A stretch of DNA of 64,000 nt from a virus (Duplodnaviria; Heunggongvirae; Uroviricota; Caudoviricetes). Position 1 is the stretch's first letter. Every line of letters begins with the position of its first letter. Position numbers and translations under genes: made by a program. This document shows, one piece after another, positions 26,192-36,255 of this stretch. Location: IMG/VR virus record IMGVR_UViG_3300017963_002532, positions 1-64,000 of that record. One strand, given 5' to 3'. Below the pieces are notes generated by a model, which was not told the origin of the DNA, made no database searches, and saw only the letters and a list, made by a program, of their open reading frames with translations.

Positions 26192-27328
26192 ATGGGAAAA
26201 GTTGTGGTCCTCGGTGGTGGTAGAGTCGGCAGATTCATCGCGGAACGGCTCTATACCCGGGGCTCGACTGACAACGTGACGATTGTGGATAACCGTCCGC
26301 ACGGTTCAATCGGCTGTCCCCCGGGCGTGGTTCACCAACGCTCTCACGTCGAACCCACCCTCTTGCCGCAAATTATCGATCAAGCCGCGCTCGTAGTCAA
26401 CGCACTGCCCGGCTGTATCGGATATCAAACCCTCAAGAGAATCATTGAGTGTGGTAAAGACTGCATCGATATCTCTTTCATGCCAGAAGATCCACGCGAC
26501 CTCAACGACCTCGCTCTTAAGAACCAAACCGTAGCTATGGTCGATATGGGTGTCGCCCCAGGCTTGTGCGGCGTCTTCGTCGGCAACGAATACTACAACA
26601 CATTCCAGAAGTGCGATATGGCGGCTATCGCCGTCGGCGGTCTACCCTTCTACCCACCCGACAAGTATCACTGCACATTCTCTCCTGCTGATATCATCGA
26701 GGAATACACTCGCCCGGCGCGTCTGCGCCGCTACGCTGAAGATATCTCTCTTCCGGCGTTAACTGATATCCAGCCATTCCCCTCCTATCCGTTTGCCTAC
26801 GACGGGCACCCTCTTTCTAGTGCTAAGATGGAGTCTTTCCTCACTGATGGATTACGGACCCTTCTGGAACTGGATATCCCCAATATGGAGGAGCGCACGA
26901 TCCGCTACCAGGGATATGCGCAAGAGATGATCGCACTCCGTGAACTCGGTTACTTCGAGCCGGACAAGCTGCCCGAGACGGCGAAGCACTTGGAGAAGCT
27001 GTGGGAACCTAATCTGCCGATCAATGAGATCACCATCATGTCTATTGTCATGCAGGGGATCAGCCACGGTGGCGAGTTTATTCGCGCCGAACTAAATCTG
27101 GTAGACGATACACACAGAGAGAACTTCGCTACATCAATGGCGCGGACGACAGCGATGCCCGCCGTTGCTATGGCGGAGATGTTGATCAAGAAAGACTACG
27201 CGGCGATGCCATTTGGCGTCATGACCCCGGAAGACGTCGGGGAGGACGGCGGCTTCGCCACCTATATTTATGACAGGCTTATTGAGGAGAATGTCAAGCT
27301 AGAGATCACGCACACGCCTTTAACATAA
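26192..27328 (+). CDS. saccharopine-dehydrogenase-like NAD(P)-binding oxidoreductase (378 aa)
   Basis: N-terminal Rossmann VVVLGGGRVGRFIA; length and layout fit that family. Confidence 0.5.
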   Translation: MGKVVVLGGGRVGRFIAERLYTRGSTDNVTIVDNRPHGSIGCPPGVVHQRSHVEPTLLPQIIDQAALVVNALPGCIGYQTLKRIIECGKDCIDISFMPEDPRDLNDLALKNQTVAMVDMGVAPGLCGVFVGNEYYNTFQKCDMAAIAVGGLPFYPPDKYHCTFSPADIIEEYTRPARLRRYAEDISLPALTDIQPFPSYPFAYDGHPLSSAKMESFLTDGLRTLLELDIPNMEERTIRYQGYAQEMIALRELGYFEPDKLPETAKHLEKLWEPNLPINEITIMSIVMQGISHGGEFIRAELNLVDDTHRENFATSMARTTAMPAVAMAEMLIKKDYAAMPFGVMTPEDVGEDGGFATYIYDRLIEENVKLEITHTPLT

Positions 27329-27343
27329 ACGATTGGAAACGAG

Positions 27344-27760
27344 ATGAGCAAGTGGACAGTTATCTTTCGTGAATTACGAGAGGCTCTTGCAGAAGCGAAG
27401 AAAAAGTATAAGCATCTCAAAGATTCAAGCACTATTCGGATTCGCATTCTCCTGACGTCCAAGGAAATTCAACACTACAAAGCCCCGCTGAGCGAGGTAG
27501 AGAAGAAAATTTGGGATCTTGCTGATGAACACAGCAACATCATCTACTTCTGTGTAGAAACTTCCCGTAACCTACCCATCTACAGCACTACGCGATATAA
27601 CTTAGTTCAGGGGGAGGGGTCAACCGGCGACCCAAGTATAATTAAGCAATTCGCCGAAATGACGGATGAGCGCAAGGATCTCCTTGTCCGACTACTTCAC
27701 TCGCAGATCCAAGACGAAATCACTAAGGATTGCGAGGTAAGCGATGACAACGGAGCGTAA
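27344..27760 (+). CDS. hypothetical protein (138 aa)
   Basis: clean ORF; region lower in GC. Confidence 0.5.
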   Translation: MSKWTVIFRELREALAEAKKKYKHLKDSSTIRIRILLTSKEIQHYKAPLSEVEKKIWDLADEHSNIIYFCVETSRNLPIYSTTRYNLVQGEGSTGDPSIIKQFAEMTDERKDLLVRLLHSQIQDEITKDCEVSDDNGA

Positions 27761-28298
27761 GTTTATCCCCAACTCAGATATCGAACGAGCCGTCCAATGT
27801 GCCGTTCGGTCTATTTCCCGCCGCAAGGACGTTGGCGCAATTTCAGAAGACGACCTCTTCCAAGAGGGTATGGTCTTCGCCCTGAACCACATGGACGAGT
27901 ATTGCGACGACAAAGCCACCGTCATGACGTTCTTGTTCCGCCCGGTCAAGACCCACCTGAATCGCATCATCCAGCGCGAGGTTCAGTCGTCGGGTATGCT
28001 TCTCCCCGAGACGGAGGAGGATATCGAGGAACTCGCAGCAGCGTCGGCGTCCTATCCGGACGTGGCTAAGGCTTTTTCTTACGAGAGCGATCTCGCCCTT
28101 CAGTTCGATATCAAAGAACTATTGGAGACCCTCGGGGCTGAAGAACGCGATATCATCACCGAGCGGTTCATGAACGGCGTCAAACTCAAGGATCTCGCTA
28201 CACGCTACTGTATCAGCGAGCCAGCGATGCACCATCGTATCGCCGATATCATTGGCAAGCTGCGCATTCGGTTGGGAGACGAGTATGAGACAGGTTGA
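27744..28298 (+). CDS. sigma-70-family-like factor (184 aa)
   Basis: region-2-like DLFQEGMVFALNHMDEY and region-4 HTH-like ITERFMNGVKLKDLATRYCISEPAMHHRIADIIGKLR. Confidence 0.65.
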   Translation: MTTERKFIPNSDIERAVQCAVRSISRRKDVGAISEDDLFQEGMVFALNHMDEYCDDKATVMTFLFRPVKTHLNRIIQREVQSSGMLLPETEEDIEELAAASASYPDVAKAFSYESDLALQFDIKELLETLGAEERDIITERFMNGVKLKDLATRYCISEPAMHHRIADIIGKLRIRLGDEYETG

Positions 28299-28482
28299 GA
28301 TTGACATTCTAATCGAGTGTCGAGGCTGTGGAAGCGTGATCTATGGAGGAGAGCGCAACGTAACGATGAAACCCGGAGACCTGATTGTATTCGTGAGTAA
28401 GCTGAGAAAACGAAGTTGTCCGCTATGCAGTGGACCCCGAGCAGCACGATATACGAAAAATCCTGGTCGAACCCGCCGATAG
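28285..28482 (+). CDS. small zinc-ribbon protein (65 aa)
   Basis: CRGCG...CPLC; ATG 28285 after GGGAGACGAGT. Confidence 0.45.
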   Translation: MRQVEIDILIECRGCGSVIYGGERNVTMKPGDLIVFVSKLRKRSCPLCSGPRAARYTKNPGRTRR

Positions 28483-28484
28483 GT

Positions 28485-28496
28485 GAGTTATAATAT
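28485..28496 (+). promoter_or_regulatory. GAGTTATAATAT promoter-like motif
   Basis: immediately upstream of 28503. Confidence 0.45.
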
Positions 28497-28502
28497 TAGG
28501 TT

Positions 28503-29042
28503 ATGATTATCAAAGCGAAGAAGCGAGACGTCGCCCGCTGCATGAAGTTTGCGGAGGCTCAGTATGAGACCTCAAGTGGGATGTATGCTCGCAGAGGTCA
28601 GGTAGATAAGGACACAATTATTCGGCAGATTGCTCATGGCAAAATCGCCGAATTGCTCGTCTACTATCACCTGAAAGATAGTTTCGAGGTTGACGAACCC
28701 GACTTCAACATCTATACAGGGAAGAAGAAGACGTATGACGCCGATCTAACGGACGGGTTCCTCCGGTTTCACGTCAAGGCACAGGATCATGAGTCTGCAA
28801 GAAAATACGGAACCAGTTGGGTCTTCACACCGAAGGACCCGCTCGTAACTGAACCAGAGGCAGAGGATATCCTGGTGCTCGTTCTCATCAAGAACGACAG
28901 CGTGAAGATTATGGGGTTCCTATCCGCCCTGACGGCAAAAGAAGAGGCACTATACGCGGACCCGAAACTTAAGCGGCTCCGTGGACACAAGACCGTCTTG
29001 TATTTCGAGACGATCGAATCTCACATGGTAGATGAATTATGA
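28503..29042 (+). CDS. hypothetical protein (179 aa)
   Basis: clean ORF after promoter motif. Confidence 0.55.
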   Translation: MIIKAKKRDVARCMKFAEAQYETSSGMYARRGQVDKDTIIRQIAHGKIAELLVYYHLKDSFEVDEPDFNIYTGKKKTYDADLTDGFLRFHVKAQDHESARKYGTSWVFTPKDPLVTEPEAEDILVLVLIKNDSVKIMGFLSALTAKEEALYADPKLKRLRGHKTVLYFETIESHMVDEL

Positions 29043-30004
29043 CTCTCTCATTCGAGCAACTCGTAGGACAGACGAAGGCAGTAGCACGGCTCAAGCTGAT
29101 TGCAACGGCGACTGGTCGGATGCAAAACGTGCTCATTCTGTCCCCGGCTGGTTGTGGTAAGACCGCCTTCGTGGAGGCTTTTGCCCGCGAGGCTGGTGCG
29201 CGGCTATTCCGCGTCAACGCCGTGGGTCTGACCGACCCGGGTATTGGACTCAACCAGTCGCTACGTCCGGCTGTCCAGTGTGACGAGCGGGCGATTATCT
29301 TCATCGATGAGTCTCACGACTTGAAGAAGAAGATCCAGACGGCTCTCCTCACCGGCATGGAGCATCCCTACTATGTGACCACGCCGATCAAGATGGGTCG
29401 TCAAACCAAGAGCTACCGGGTGACGATCCCGGAGCACGTCTCGTTCGCGTTCGCCAGCACAGATGGGGGGAAAATAGATAAAGCACTCCTGACGCGCTTT
29501 GCGCGGATTCACCTGGACGACTACACCCAGGCAGAGAAAGAGGAGATTGCCCATCGTTACCTTAAAAGCCGGGGCTTCCGGATCGAGCCGGATGCGCGTG
29601 CGGGTTTCGCTCGCATCGCACGGAACATTCGTATGTTGATCAAGGACGCTCTGGATACGGCGATCCTCTACCAGAACCGGATGATTAACATGGATATTTT
29701 TCGGAAGGTCATCGACCACCTTCAGCTTACCAGCAACGGTCTGACACGGCTGGACACCAAGCTGTTGAATCGGCTGGCGGATAACGAGTTCGTCTCGTTG
29801 CGCAACCTGATTGCGTTCCTCCAGATCGAGAAGGAAGAGTATGAGCGAATGGAGGCGTGGCTGATCAAGAACGACTACATTGGCGTGAGCACTCATGGCA
29901 GATTTATCTCACGCAAGGGATTGGGCGAGATTGGTCGCTCTGCTAAGAAGAACGTGCTTGACCTCATTGGCTCCTTGGTAGACGAGGACGATGATGACAG
30001 CTAA
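29039..30004 (+). CDS. RuvB-like AAA+ ATPase (321 aa)
   Basis: Walker A SPAGCGKTAF, Walker B IIFIDESH, C-terminal winged-helix-like segment; size matches RuvB. Confidence 0.6.
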   Translation: MTLSFEQLVGQTKAVARLKLIATATGRMQNVLILSPAGCGKTAFVEAFAREAGARLFRVNAVGLTDPGIGLNQSLRPAVQCDERAIIFIDESHDLKKKIQTALLTGMEHPYYVTTPIKMGRQTKSYRVTIPEHVSFAFASTDGGKIDKALLTRFARIHLDDYTQAEKEEIAHRYLKSRGFRIEPDARAGFARIARNIRMLIKDALDTAILYQNRMINMDIFRKVIDHLQLTSNGLTRLDTKLLNRLADNEFVSLRNLIAFLQIEKEEYERMEAWLIKNDYIGVSTHGRFISRKGLGEIGRSAKKNVLDLIGSLVDEDDDDS

Positions 30005-30668
30005 GCTCTCGCGTCTACTTGAACAAACTATTATCTCCTTATACGTTGCCAAAAAGTATTCCGGCAAACAGGTGGCAAAAATTGTTGGAGTATCTGATGT
30101 AACTGTCTACAACGTGTTACGCCGAAATAACATTACTGCGCGACCTATCGGACGACACAAACGACGAAACAAAATACTATATCGGGGTGGCACATTAGCT
30201 ATCAGGCTTACTAATTGTAGTCATCATGCCTATATCGACGCGGCAGACTTACGTAAAATAGATCAGTATACTTGGTATCAGTGCGACAAGGGTTACGCAG
30301 TAACGTATATTGGAGGTAAGCGCCGTCGCAAACTTTTCATGCACCGATTGGTATTAGGTAGTTTTGACGGTATGACTGACCATATCAATGGAAATCGGTT
30401 AGACAATACACAAGCCAATCTACGTAAATGCACGGCGCTGGATAATGCAAGGAATGCCTCTAAAAGACCGAATACGTCCTCGCGCTTCAAGGGAGTAAGC
30501 TGGCACAAGCGATCTAAAAGATGGTATGTAAATATCAACACGAAAGGAAAACGAATATTCATCGGTCAATTTAGAGACGAAACCGAGGCGGCAAAAGCCT
30601 ATGATGCAGCCGCGCTACAGCATCACGGTGTTTTTGCAAAGACGAATAAAGACCTGGGATTATATTAG
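29991..30668 (+). CDS. HNH-AP2 homing-endonuclease-like protein (225 aa) in AT-richer island
   Basis: HNH_3-like MHRLVLGSFDGMTDHINGNRLDN; AP2-like SRFKGVSWHKRSKRWYVNINTKGKRIFIGQFRDETEAAKAYD. Confidence 0.7.
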   Translation: MMTAKLSRLLEQTIISLYVAKKYSGKQVAKIVGVSDVTVYNVLRRNNITARPIGRHKRRNKILYRGGTLAIRLTNCSHHAYIDAADLRKIDQYTWYQCDKGYAVTYIGGKRRRKLFMHRLVLGSFDGMTDHINGNRLDNTQANLRKCTALDNARNASKRPNTSSRFKGVSWHKRSKRWYVNINTKGKRIFIGQFRDETEAAKAYDAAALQHHGVFAKTNKDLGLY

Positions 30669-30677
30669 GAGATCGTT

Positions 30678-30959
30678 ATGGAAGAAAATATCAGCCTGGA
30701 AATCGCCGCCAACCTACTCCATCTCACGAAGGATGAGGACGGCGAGAAAAAGCTGGACGCACTCAAGGTCGCAACCGCTATCGCCGATGCCGTCAGCGCG
30801 GTATACGGCGACTACAACCAGGATGACCCGGATCAGTCCGGAGATCTTGAGCAGATGCGAACGGGTGCCGACGTGCTAGAGAAGGCTCTCCAACAGTATG
30901 AGATCCTGATTCAGCTTACCGAGGATCAGGTGGCGAAGAAGCATCTTGGAGCGCCGTAG
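30678..30959 (+). CDS. hypothetical acidic protein (93 aa)
   Basis: clean ORF. Confidence 0.5.
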   Translation: MEENISLEIAANLLHLTKDEDGEKKLDALKVATAIADAVSAVYGDYNQDDPDQSGDLEQMRTGADVLEKALQQYEILIQLTEDQVAKKHLGAP

Positions 30960-31776
30960 GATGCAACTCAATCGACCGCAGAACAACCTTCCCCGTCTAC
31001 GTGAGGCGGGGGAGGTCCATAAGAAGATCATGGCAGACGTGCGTGGAATCATCACAACCGATTTCAAGAACGTTTCGACTGGCGACGTGAACGACTGGAT
31101 CAACGACCAGATCGCCAAGCACGGTATGGACGCAGCATTCAAAGCCGTCCCGGGCTACGAAGACGCCGCGTGCATTAGTGTCAATGGAGCCGTGGTGCAT
31201 GGTGTCCCCAATGACGAACCACTTCGTCCTGGTGACTATGTGACGGTCGATTTCGGCGTTTCCAATCAAGGGTTTATCGTAGACGCAGCGGATACTTGGA
31301 TCGTAGGTCAGGAAGAACAAGATGAGCTAATCCAAGCCGCAAAGGACGTCCGTGCAGCGATGATCGAGAAGGTAATTGCGGGCGCGAGGGCTATGGACCT
31401 CGCACTGACAACGCCACCGATTGCCGCGAGACTGGCAAAATCCGATATGTATATCATGCCGCATTTCAGTGGTCACGGCGTCGAGAAAGACACCCTGCAC
31501 GCCATTCCTTGTATCCCCTGCGTCCCCGTTAACAAAAAGATGCCTACCCACGATTGGGAGCATCAGTGTCTTCGAGAGCGGTATCGTCTCCAGGAGGGGG
31601 ACGTGATCTGCATCGAGCCTATTGTCATTAAGACCACCGCGAGTCGTAAGAAGCGATTTGCGTGTAGTGTGATGCAGGATGGGTGGACCGTGAAGTTGCA
31701 TGATAAGAAGGCAATCGCGGTTCACTGTGAACACACCATCTATGTGACTAAGGGGGAGCCAGAAATTCTGGCGTAA
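30946..31776 (+). CDS. map: methionine aminopeptidase, type I (276 aa)
   Basis: pita-bread fold signatures DFGVSNQGFIVDAADTWIVG, HGVPND, FSGHGV. Confidence 0.75.
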   Translation: MERRRMQLNRPQNNLPRLREAGEVHKKIMADVRGIITTDFKNVSTGDVNDWINDQIAKHGMDAAFKAVPGYEDAACISVNGAVVHGVPNDEPLRPGDYVTVDFGVSNQGFIVDAADTWIVGQEEQDELIQAAKDVRAAMIEKVIAGARAMDLALTTPPIAARLAKSDMYIMPHFSGHGVEKDTLHAIPCIPCVPVNKKMPTHDWEHQCLRERYRLQEGDVICIEPIVIKTTASRKKRFACSVMQDGWTVKLHDKKAIAVHCEHTIYVTKGEPEILA

Positions 31777-31789
31777 ATGGAGGAAAGCC

Positions 31790-32035
31790 ATGAAACCGAC
31801 AGCAGACGAACTAGACACACTCAAGCCCGGACAGCTAGTTGGCGAATTTCGCCCGATGGAGCTAATTTCCAATACCAAGCAGGAAAAGCAAATTCGCGCC
31901 ACACTCCGATATGCGCGTTTGACGTTTTTCGGCGCTTTGATCTATTTCTCCGGATTGGGGGAATTGGTCATTACTAAGGCTCCGGCGCTATTCAACGTCG
32001 CGGGCGAGTTTCTCATCAACCTGAGCGGAAAGTAA
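31790..32035 (+). CDS. hypothetical protein (81 aa)
   Basis: clean ORF. Confidence 0.45.
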   Translation: MKPTADELDTLKPGQLVGEFRPMELISNTKQEKQIRATLRYARLTFFGALIYFSGLGELVITKAPALFNVAGEFLINLSGK

Positions 32036-32037
32036 CT

Positions 32038-32451
32038 ATGTGGAACAAAGAGCACGGTATTCTCGGCTATCACGTCTATGCCGACGGTAAGCCGCGTGTC
32101 ACTAATACTGAGTGGGACACCAAACTGAAGCGCACGGTGCTGCGCGTCGAAATCCCCCACAAAGAGGGCGGGCTTCTTGGGAGCGTAGCAATCGCACGTC
32201 ATCCGAAAAGTCCGGACGAAAACTGGTTCGTCAGGGCGTCTGCCTTCGTCCACGACAGGGACGACAGATCGAAGGCTACGAAGAAGCGCGGACGCCAGAT
32301 CGCAACGCACCGCGTGTTGGCGGCTATGGAGTGCTTGATCAATAGTGATAGTCCATACAGTATTCCCGCTCGCGCACAAGTCGTGCATATCAGCGATTTG
32401 ACAGATCGTGAGAGGGCACTTTTCGAGAAACCCGAGAAAACCGAAAAGTGA
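32038..32451 (+). CDS. hypothetical protein (137 aa)
   Basis: clean ORF. Confidence 0.5.
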   Translation: MWNKEHGILGYHVYADGKPRVTNTEWDTKLKRTVLRVEIPHKEGGLLGSVAIARHPKSPDENWFVRASAFVHDRDDRSKATKKRGRQIATHRVLAAMECLINSDSPYSIPARAQVVHISDLTDRERALFEKPEKTEK

Positions 32452-32540
32452 AGAGTTTGTCGCCGATCCTCCCCAAATAATTTTTGAAGAGCGAGTCGGC
32501 GGCTTTCCCCAAAATTTTTTGAAAATGGGGTGATTTTCGG

Positions 32541-33170
32541 ATGGACGAACAACGCAGCAAAGACGCCGCACACGCGGAAGAAATCAAGCGACTGAACGAG
32601 GTCGTTGACGGCGGCGGAAAACTGGACGAGATCGAGGACGAGCAGCAGGGCATCCAGATTCAGAAGGCTCACAAGGATCTTGTTGTCAACCAGGATGCGC
32701 AGAGTGATCTGTTGCGTCGTAGGATGAAGGAAGTAACGTTTCCTCTCTCTGATCCGGTCCGTGCCGACATTAAGACCCTTGAAGATCTCTTCGAGGAGTT
32801 GGTCGAGGCAGAGGTCGCTGTCGGTCTCGCCGCACAACAGGCGAACGTCACTGTGCGCGTATGTTGTGTGAAAATTGGGTCAGAACACATCACGATGATC
32901 AACCCGAAGATCATTGCCCGTAAGGGAAAGAAGAGAGGCTATGAATCGTGTCTCTCCGTTCCGTGCGTGGCTGTTGATATCGTCCGACCCCGCGACATTA
33001 CTGTCGAATACTACGACCGCGAGGGCGAACAGCACCGTTTACGCCCTATGCTCCATCGTCATGCCCGCCGGATTCTCCACGAAGTAGAGCACCTGGATGG
33101 GATTATGATTGACAAGTATGTGAAGCCCGATTCGAGTAACGTGCGGTTTTACATGCCAGATTGGGCGTAA
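32541..33170 (+). CDS. def: peptide deformylase with about 60-aa N-terminal extension (209 aa)
   Basis: three PDF motifs GLAAQQ, ESCLSVP, HEVEHLDG. Confidence 0.75.
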   Translation: MDEQRSKDAAHAEEIKRLNEVVDGGGKLDEIEDEQQGIQIQKAHKDLVVNQDAQSDLLRRRMKEVTFPLSDPVRADIKTLEDLFEELVEAEVAVGLAAQQANVTVRVCCVKIGSEHITMINPKIIARKGKKRGYESCLSVPCVAVDIVRPRDITVEYYDREGEQHRLRPMLHRHARRILHEVEHLDGIMIDKYVKPDSSNVRFYMPDWA

Positions 33171-33326
33171 TTATTGAAAATGAACTTAAGAGATTATCGT
33201 ATATAAGGGTGGAGGCAAAAAATGAAACGCTCCTGAGAAATAACCGCCGTTCCCACCGAACGGTAGGTTTCGCGCCCGAACGGGTAATCCCAACAGTTTC
33301 TACGTTACGATAAGGTGGTGCCTTTG

Positions 33327-34022
33327 ATGGTAATCGATCCTAGGAGCGAGGGTCAGGCGAAGTTTCTTGAGTCACTGAAACGAAAGGTAATCACATTTGT
33401 TCTCGGACTGTCAGGGACGGGCAAGACGTTCTTGGCGATGCATTACGCGATTCGACTTCTTGACAGCAAGAAGAGTAAGATAAATAAGATCGTCTGTATG
33501 AGACCGATCGTTACGGAGCGCAACATCGAGAAGGAACTCGGCGCTCTACCGGGAGACGTCAGCGAAAAGATCACGCCGTATTCTAACGGGTTGGTTCACA
33601 ACCTCATTCAGTTGGTGGGACCTAAGCGGGCGCAAGAGTTGATAGATAAAGGAACCGTCTCGTTTGAGGCTATCTCTTTGTTACGAGGCAGTTCTTTCAA
33701 GGATACATTCATCATCGTAGATGAAGCACAGCTACTAAGTAAAGGGTCTGGCGCGATGAAGCTGATTCTGACACGAATCGGCGAAGGGTGCCGGGTAGCT
33801 ATCCTGGGGGACGTCTTACAGTCACCACTGGAAATTGAACGGTCGGATATTATCGACGCGATGGAAACCATCGGCGGACTCACTGAGGTCGGCACCGTTT
33901 TCTTGACAGAGCCAGAGGACGTTCACCGTTCCCCGATCGTTCGTAAGATCCTTGAATGCTACCAAGAGCTACCAAAGTATCAGGCAATTCGGGAGAGATT
34001 CAATGGGCAAGAGAGTAATTGA
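33327..34022 (+). CDS. phoH: PhoH-like P-loop ATPase (231 aa)
   Basis: Walker A GLSGTGKTFLAM; Walker B FIIVDEAQ. Confidence 0.75.
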   Translation: MVIDPRSEGQAKFLESLKRKVITFVLGLSGTGKTFLAMHYAIRLLDSKKSKINKIVCMRPIVTERNIEKELGALPGDVSEKITPYSNGLVHNLIQLVGPKRAQELIDKGTVSFEAISLLRGSSFKDTFIIVDEAQLLSKGSGAMKLILTRIGEGCRVAILGDVLQSPLEIERSDIIDAMETIGGLTEVGTVFLTEPEDVHRSPIVRKILECYQELPKYQAIRERFNGQESN

Positions 34023-34881
34023 GGTCGTAGTATGCGACTTCTGCGGTAAAGAGGTTGACAAGTCAGACGCATTGACTCTCGACCTCAACGGGGACAGGGG
34101 CGACTTCGATCTCTGTCATGACTGCGGAGACCTGTTCCGCGAGAAGTTCTTCCACGTTCATCCACAGGATTCTGACGACGACGATGTTGTCGGCGAGCCT
34201 GACGATGAGTATGAAGACGAGCCCGAAGATGAGTTCGATGATGACGAGCCCATCGGCGAGCCGGAAGACGACTACGACCTGGACGACGACTTCGACGACG
34301 AAGAGGAAGACGAGCCCGCTCCTCCTCCGCCACCGAAGAAGAAAGTCAGGCGACCGCGCAAGAAGGTCTCTAAGAAGAAGACGCAAGGTCGTAAAAAAAA
34401 AGCACGTAGTCAATCGCGCTACAGTAACCCGCTAGCTGATATTGACCACAGTGAGAAAGACGGCACGCGGGTTAGTCCAGACGGCACCGTCAACGAGGGC
34501 AAGGTCCTGGCGAAGATCAAGCAAGCTGCTACGTCTCAGCGACGTGGTGTCATCAAGAGTTGTCCTCCTGGCGAGTGTCAACACGATGAAGACACCGGCA
34601 GGTGTGATGAATGCGGCTTGAAGAAAGGCGAGTCCGGCACTGATGAGGGTGCTGCGCCAGCACATGATCCTATCAGGGCTCAAGCAGACGGACAGGACGA
34701 AATGGGTATCGACCCATTCACGGGTGCTTGCACGTTCCCGGTTGACATTAACTCCGAACGGGTTCAGCGCAGGATGAAGAAGAATCTACGCAAAGAGAAC
34801 GAGGCTCTGCGCAAGAAATATGGTAAGTCGGGACGCTACTTCAACCTCGACCCGACGGATGGAGTTGGAAGGGGAAGATAA
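34003..34881 (+). CDS. zinc-ribbon polyampholyte protein (292 aa): CxxC ribbons, about 60-aa poly-acidic stretch followed by poly-basic stretch
   Basis: CDFCGK...CHDCGD; DSDDDDVVGEPDDEYEDEPEDEFDDDEP...; PKKKVRRPRKKVSKKKTQGRKKKARS; second ribbon CQHDEDTGRCDEC. Confidence 0.55.
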   Translation: MGKRVIEVVVCDFCGKEVDKSDALTLDLNGDRGDFDLCHDCGDLFREKFFHVHPQDSDDDDVVGEPDDEYEDEPEDEFDDDEPIGEPEDDYDLDDDFDDEEEDEPAPPPPPKKKVRRPRKKVSKKKTQGRKKKARSQSRYSNPLADIDHSEKDGTRVSPDGTVNEGKVLAKIKQAATSQRRGVIKSCPPGECQHDEDTGRCDECGLKKGESGTDEGAAPAHDPIRAQADGQDEMGIDPFTGACTFPVDINSERVQRRMKKNLRKENEALRKKYGKSGRYFNLDPTDGVGRGR

Positions 34882-35120
34882 TGGATTACGAAACGATCTC
34901 AATCATCGTTGGTGCGGTTCTTGGTATCGTTGGAGCCTCTTGGGGAGGCTATGCGGTCGCCAAGGGGCGTGTCCAGAAGAAGCTGAAGCAAGCGGGCGAA
35001 CTGCTTACTACAGTCAAGGACGCGCTCGAAGATGACAAACTCTCTAAGGAAGAGATCGCGGACATCGTGGGCAAGGCGAAAGCCCTGATCACTTTCGAGA
35101 AGGAAAAGACAGATGCGTAA
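34881..35120 (+). CDS. small membrane protein (79 aa)
   Basis: N-terminal TM IIVGAVLGIVGASWGGYAVA. Confidence 0.5.
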   Translation: MDYETISIIVGAVLGIVGASWGGYAVAKGRVQKKLKQAGELLTTVKDALEDDKLSKEEIADIVGKAKALITFEKEKTDA

Positions 35121-35601
35121 GTTGATTCTCGCTCTACTACTGGCGCTCGTTTGTGCAGCGCCGGTCACCATGACTAGCTGTGCCCTGATTCAGCAGCAGT
35201 ATGAAGATCTCCACGCGATGGAGCAGAGCAAGTTCGATGCGTTGCTCGTCAAGGTTGAACGCTACGCTAAGCTCGGTGGCGAGCAGATCGCGGAGCGTAT
35301 TGCCGATCCCGAGATTCGCCGTTACGTCGTGTCGGTTCTCGACGTGGCTCTTAGGCAAGACACTAAGGCTGCGTTCATTGAGTTCCTCGACGCCATGAAG
35401 ATCGTGCCGGAGTATGACAAATACATCATCCCCGCCTTGTCGGCGGCGCTCGATCTTGTTGAGGCGGCGACCGGTGTGCCGTTCAGTCTGGACGCACACG
35501 TTCATCCACGTGACCTCGCCCTCATCCGTGCCATGCTGCGCGGGCTGAAGGCTGGCTTCACAAACAACAGTCTTGTTATCATCACTGTCACGAGCGAATA
35601 A
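35113..35601 (+). CDS. lipoprotein (162 aa)
   Basis: signal peptide plus Cys (VTMTSCAL). Confidence 0.55.
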   Translation: MRKLILALLLALVCAAPVTMTSCALIQQQYEDLHAMEQSKFDALLVKVERYAKLGGEQIAERIADPEIRRYVVSVLDVALRQDTKAAFIEFLDAMKIVPEYDKYIIPALSAALDLVEAATGVPFSLDAHVHPRDLALIRAMLRGLKAGFTNNSLVIITVTSE

Positions 35602-35978
35602 TGAAACAAGCTGCGTCAATATACTTCACAACCACGGGCTACGTCGTCTGTAATCCAGACGGCGAGCCCACTTCTTTAATGACCATTGACGCCAGCGATC
35701 TCACGCTCGAACAGCGACTCCAGCGGGCATGGTATTACCTTGGAAAAGGTATCGCAGACGTGCTCAGCGACGGGTATGAATTTGTCGAACTGCTAAGCGA
35801 CACTAAGGTCATCGACCAACTCGATGGCGTGGTAATTGAGGACGAAGACTGCCTCGCTATGGCTCACAGTATTCGCTCGAAGGGGTTGCCCCAACTTCTT
35901 CACTACGAGCTAAAGAAAGTGACCACCGAGAAGATCGAGGTAATATTTAACGAAGCTGAAAAGGAACTGAGGGGTTGA
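35601..35978 (+). CDS. hypothetical protein (125 aa)
   Basis: clean ORF. Confidence 0.5.
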   Translation: MKQAASIYFTTTGYVVCNPDGEPTSLMTIDASDLTLEQRLQRAWYYLGKGIADVLSDGYEFVELLSDTKVIDQLDGVVIEDEDCLAMAHSIRSKGLPQLLHYELKKVTTEKIEVIFNEAEKELRG

Positions 35979-35979
35979 A

Positions 35980-36255
35980 ATGCGCCGACCCACTTCCACG
36001 CAGAAGTGTCTTCAACAGGAACAAGCCAGCTATGACAATATCTCCGCCACTATCTCTCGTTTCCGCGATGAGATCATGCAGTTGGAAGCAGATGAAATAG
36101 AACTAACAGGACGGCAATCCATGAGGCTTGCAATCCTGCGTGCGGGGTTAGAACAACTGCGTCAGATACGCCGGGAAGTTCACGCCAACCTACGTCGAGC
36201 GCGACAACGCCTGAAGTCTACGCTTACAAGCAGGGGGAATGATGCAAGACTTTGA
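35980..36255 (+). CDS. hypothetical coiled-coil protein (91 aa)
   Basis: clean ORF. Confidence 0.45.
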   Translation: MRRPTSTQKCLQQEQASYDNISATISRFRDEIMQLEADEIELTGRQSMRLAILRAGLEQLRQIRREVHANLRRARQRLKSTLTSRGNDARL

